34,459 bases of DNA, taken from NCBI GenBank assembly GCA_002269645.1, contig NIVC01004811.1, forward strand, positions 1-34,459. The letters run 5' to 3'. The DNA is from Macrostomum lignano (Eukaryota). Positions within the stretch are counted from its first letter, which is position 1, and the number at the start of each line of letters is the position of its first letter. The position numbers and the translations under genes were made by a program. A model generated the notes under the pieces. It did no database searches, was not told the DNA's origin, and was given only the letters and a program-made list of their open reading frames with translations. Positions 33,410 through 34,459 of the stretch are shown here, in pieces.

Positions 33410-34459
33410 TATATACTAAAGTTGACGCGTTGTTTGTCTGTATGTCTGTCTGTGTGTCTGTCATTTCGACAACTCCTCCTTGAATAGTGCCAACTCAGCG
33501 TTGAAACTTATATGGGAAGATTGGAAATTATCCGAGGTCGGCTATAGGCTATTTTAATTCTGAAATTTTAATTTTTAAGATCCTCAAAAAAGCAGAAAAC
33601 GGCGGTCTTGACCTTTGATAATCTTAATTGTCCCTCTTTCTGCTTGGAGCTGAAAATGCATGAATTTTTGTGATTGCGCCACAACTTTTCCCTATCTCTG
33701 TACTGTATTTTCTTTCCAGTGGGGGGTGGGAGCGTTCTCAGTGGCTGCGTGTGTACACTTGGACCCTGGCTGACTGGCTGACTGTAAAGATAATTGCGCA
33801 ATGAAATGGCTACTGATAAGTTTTCTTGCCTTTCAATGGCAGCTCTGTGTATTTGTTGGACATTGAAATTCAATGCATCAACTTGCAAGCAGGCAGTGAA
33901 CGTACACTCGATACTTCAATGCTAAAAATCAGACAGTTTCAAACGCTAACTGTTCCTCGAGTTTTAAACTTTATGATGGAGACACTTATATTGCTGGAAA
34001 GATCTTGCAACGCTGAGTTCGGGGATATAATTGTTTGCTTTAAATATGAAAAGAAAAAGCACAGCATTTAAAAAACTATTTCCATACGTTTACACTTCTG
34101 CAAAATTGTACTCAGTTTGCGAGACGTAATAGATAAGTTGGGGGGAGGGTTCAACTTCTCACTGCTGCTGTGTATTGGAGGGTTGATTTAGATTGCGCAA
34201 TGTTTTGTTAACTTTAACTGAGACTGATACTGACTGACTGACTGTGAAATCGGTTGCGCAATGAATTGATTCAATTAGTTCAATATTTTATCAGTGCCTT
34301 TTAACACGAAGCTGTGGCAGTTGTAACCCTAATCCAACCCTAACCCTAACCAATGAATCCAGAGAGTTGAGTTGTTTGACGGAAAAAATTCGATGAGTCC
34401 AGTTTAGCGGAGACGATTTCAATGTTTTAATTTTGACGGAGAGGATTTCTGTTTCGTGA
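33410..34459 (+). mobile_element. Non-autonomous Helitron unit L (runs off window)
   Basis: Head, module and degenerate CTAACC tract present. Confidence 0.78.
34324..34351 (+). repeat. Degenerate CTAACC tract, unit L
   Basis: TAACCCTAATCCAACCCTAACCCTAACC. Confidence 0.8.

Larger units (their letters stand above)
1..34459 (+). repeat. Head-to-tail array of ~12 same-orientation Helitron copies
   Basis: 3' hairpin+CTC(G) directly abuts the next ATACTAAA head at 2365/6, 5088/9, 7307/8, 10137/8, 11902/3, 21018/9, 24157/8, 25981/2, 31193/4, 33409/10; an additional head starts at 7699. Confidence 0.88.

Noticed and set aside
2216-33487. Recurrent MVFERFCKEFGDD... ORF
   Set aside because: It runs across the 3'/5' junction and microsatellite; its length and C-terminus vary with slippage; no recognisable domain.

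Overview
Eukaryotic genomic DNA (spliceosomal introns, TTAGGG-type repeats; probably an invertebrate animal, which is an inference). Almost the whole window is one array of about 12 Helitron (rolling-circle transposon) copies joined head-to-tail on the + strand. Each starts with a (TC/TA-rich)ATACTAAA...(GTCT/GT)n head and ends with a CTCCTCC-nnn-GGAGGAG hairpin followed by TTCCACTC(G) or TTGGCCTCG. Ten copies are non-autonomous 1.8-3.2 kb mosaics (the first and last are cut by the window edges). They are built from a ~450-500 bp module (1-3 copies), a (CTAACC)n telomere-type tract, a 15/30-bp minisatellite and usually a long GA-rich tract. One further copy is a 391-bp head fragment. One copy (11903-21018, ~9.1 kb) is apparently autonomous: it carries an uninterrupted 9-exon RepHel gene of ~1591 aa (STPR-like 23-aa repeats, Cys-rich motif, HUH Rep, PIF1-family helicase), and one intron requires a GC donor. 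A 2052-bp DNA transposon (44-bp perfect TIRs, 8-bp TSD, degenerate THAP domain; P-superfamily-like) is inserted in one unit. Most short ORFs in the supplied track are artefacts of the repeats. All coordinates and translations were read by eye; internal repeat boundaries are approximate.
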